Assembly: GCF_001194135.2 (NCBI RefSeq)
Contig: NC_068981.1
Coordinates: forward strand, 169,576,160-169,615,543
Origin: Octopus bimaculoides
Taxonomy: Eukaryota
DNA length: 39,384 nucleotides
Direction: 5' to 3'
A program made the translations under genes and the position numbers. Each line of letters starts with the position of its first letter. The first letter of the stretch is position 1. This document shows positions 37,431 through 39,384 of the stretch, piece by piece. The notes beneath the pieces were generated by a model. That model was not told where the DNA came from, searched no databases, and was given only the letters and a program-made list of their open reading frames with translations.

Positions 37431-37742
37431 TATACTAATCCCAAGATTGCGAGTTCAATTCCAGGCAATGGCTTGAATAAATAATAATAATGATAATAAT
37501 AATAATGATAATAATAATAATAATAATGATAATGAAACTAATAGTAATAATAATATCAGCAAAAAATATCTTAAGAATGAGAATCCAGGGTTGGGTTCAA
37601 AGTTCTACTAGGACACCTGATGAAGGCTGGAGAGTAAATCAGCCGAAACGTTGTGGTAACAACAAACAAGATGAGACACATATCCGACCTATGTAAATAA
37701 TGTAAATAATGTACAGAATTTCCCATTTCTAAAATATAGAAC

Positions 37743-37745
<3 letters not shown>
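37431..37745 (+). mobile_element. Composite repeat: tRNA-like B-box, (TAA)n, hammerhead, A/T-rich tail
   Basis: GAGTTCAATTCC at 37451-37462; (TAA/TGA)n at ~37476-37555; hammerhead at 37612-37657; the tail ends at (TTA)n. Confidence 0.55.
37612..37657 (+). ncRNA. Minimal hammerhead ribozyme motif with canonical core
   Basis: CTGATGA (37617-37623); stem II GGCTG/CAGCC (5 bp, 10-nt loop); GAAA; palindromic stem III ACGT; GUU triplet; stem I CAC/GTG. Confidence 0.75.
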
Positions 37746-37817
<72 letters not shown>

Positions 37818-37985
37818 TGTTAAAAACTCAGTATGTTAATGGAAAGTGTCAGCTGTCAACAGTCAGCAGGCTACTGTAACACTCGATTACTGGTCATGCT
37901 TCAAGAATTCTGCGAAGGATTCTTGCAGATCCAAGCAATGCTGATTTTTGGAGGCGCTCTACCTTCACACTTGCACCAATCTTTA
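37818..37985 (-). mobile_element. Very short 3' fragment of a second R4/Dong-type subfamily, ending in (TAA)n
   Basis: KIGASVKVERLQKSALLGSARILRRILEA* plus a 3'UTR different from that of 36806-37130. (TTA)n at 37746-37817. Confidence 0.8.
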
Positions 37986-39324
37986 AATTGGTTGGGTTCT
38001 GTTTTGGTCCAGACCTCCAGGTACTCAAGAACTGGCGGAGGGAGGTGACGAGTAGAGTAGCCAATCTCACCCAGAAATGAGCAAAGAGGAAGCTGTCTCT
38101 GAAGGGTCGGGTGGAGGTGGCAAATGCGTACATTGCTTCCGTCTTTTACTACCGATGACCGTGGTCCTTTGCCCCATATCGTGTCTGATAAATTTATAGC
38201 TCTTACTCTTCCATTTTCTATGGGAGGGACATGTTCCCCTCGTCAGACTGTCCATCTGCTGTCAAAAGACGTTGAATAGAGGACTGGGCATGCCGTGGCT
38301 AATGATGCGTAGACATGCGCTGAGACTGCGACATCTCAAGCTTTTCCTCAACGGTGAGCTGCTGTTGTCCCGAAGCTCGTCTCATTGATGCAGCTACAGT
38401 CCTGGATAAAGCATAGCCCAAGAAAGTGCTTGCAGTTTTCTGCCAGTCGGGCAACGCGGTCAGTGGAAGTTCTACTATGGAGTTCTATAGGGGTTAGTGG
38501 AGAGAAAGAGCGACAACGTACTCAGAGAACCTCGGAATAGATCACCTAGCTGGTCTTTTCCTGAGGACTTTCGGGCCAGGGTCTATGGATAACTTACAGA
38601 AATCTCTGGCCTGGCAGTGCTACCGGGGAACTCTGCCGCTCCGAGGCAAGCTCTACAGACACGGAAGTGCTGTCAGAAGTGTGCGCAGGTCTTTGAAACC
38701 ATCCTACACGCACTCGACCAGTGTTCGTCCATTACTGACTTGTGAAGCTTTGTCAAACAAATGTCGTCGTATGTAGGACGGATCCTGTTTTCATCCGAGT
38801 ACTTGTGAGGATCGTCCCATTGCCTTCTTTTGGAGGGAAAGGCAGTTTTTCTCTGCCTGGTGGCAATAGTAAAAATGGTACTTTAGTGGACGATACTGAA
38901 AGGACAGACACATACGTCTTCGGTTGAGCCATCATCGTCTTTTTTAAGTTCCACCTGAACAGGAAAGTGAGGGTAGAAAGGAATGTATTGCCCTGCATCA
39001 CCAGTAATTTTGTTGAAAGGTGGGTGAATGTTGCGAAAATGGCTCATGTGAATGAACCAACTCTGAATATTCGTCTGTAAGCCGGAGCAGTTGAGGGATA
39101 GAGGTGTGGGGCTACGTGGCGTGCCCTTGGCAGTCGGAGTGACGAGGATGTATGGGGTGCCCTGATTGGCCCTGGGTGGCACTACTCCCTATTGGGGAAT
39201 TGTGATAGATTTTTTGTTAACCGTTTTTTAGTTAGACGTTTTCCGTTTTAAACCCCACTTGTCCCTTGTTTTCTATTGTGTCTATATATTTTTGTGTTCG
39301 GCCCTTGTGGCCAATAAAGAAAGG
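37986..39324 (+). mobile_element. 5'-truncated Tx1-like (L1 clade) LINE: RT thumb, zf-RVT and 3'UTR, ending in (ATT)n
   Basis: KLVGFCFGPDLQVLKNW, *AKRKLSLKGRVEVAN, FLWEGHVPLVR...RGLGMP, AWQCYRGTLP and CAQVFETILHALDQC (CCHC-type); stop at 39078-39080; AATAAA at 39313. Confidence 0.9.
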
Positions 39325-39384
39325 ATTATTATTATTATTATTAATATATATATATATATATTAGGCATTCTTTCTATTTTTTAT

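Overview
AT-rich, microsatellite-dense eukaryotic DNA with 11 N-gaps. No intact protein-coding gene, tRNA/rRNA gene or CRISPR array can be supported. The repeat content (tRNA-headed SINEs, R4/Dong-like, Tx1-like, RTE and Penelope-like retroelements, mariners) suggests a cephalopod, probably octopus; this is an inference. Most ORFs in the supplied track are microsatellite or N-run artefacts. The recognisable content is decayed mobile DNA. Main points: (1) a 1377-bp ORF1-only (HAL1-like) retroelement with an 18-bp target-site duplication, a CCHC zinc knuckle, an unrecognised C-terminal domain and a Tx1-like 3' end, nested in an IS630/Tc1-like DNA transposon with ~200-bp sub-repeated TIRs (21395-24445); (2) four minimal hammerhead-ribozyme motifs with (near-)palindromic stem III, one inside a perfect 28-bp inverted repeat and one ~150 bp downstream of a Pol III B-box; (3) three R4/Dong-type fragments, each ending in (TAA)n; (4) a ~920-bp nested foldback after a Penelope GIY-YIG remnant. 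All translations and alignments were done by eye, so boundaries of old elements are approximate.
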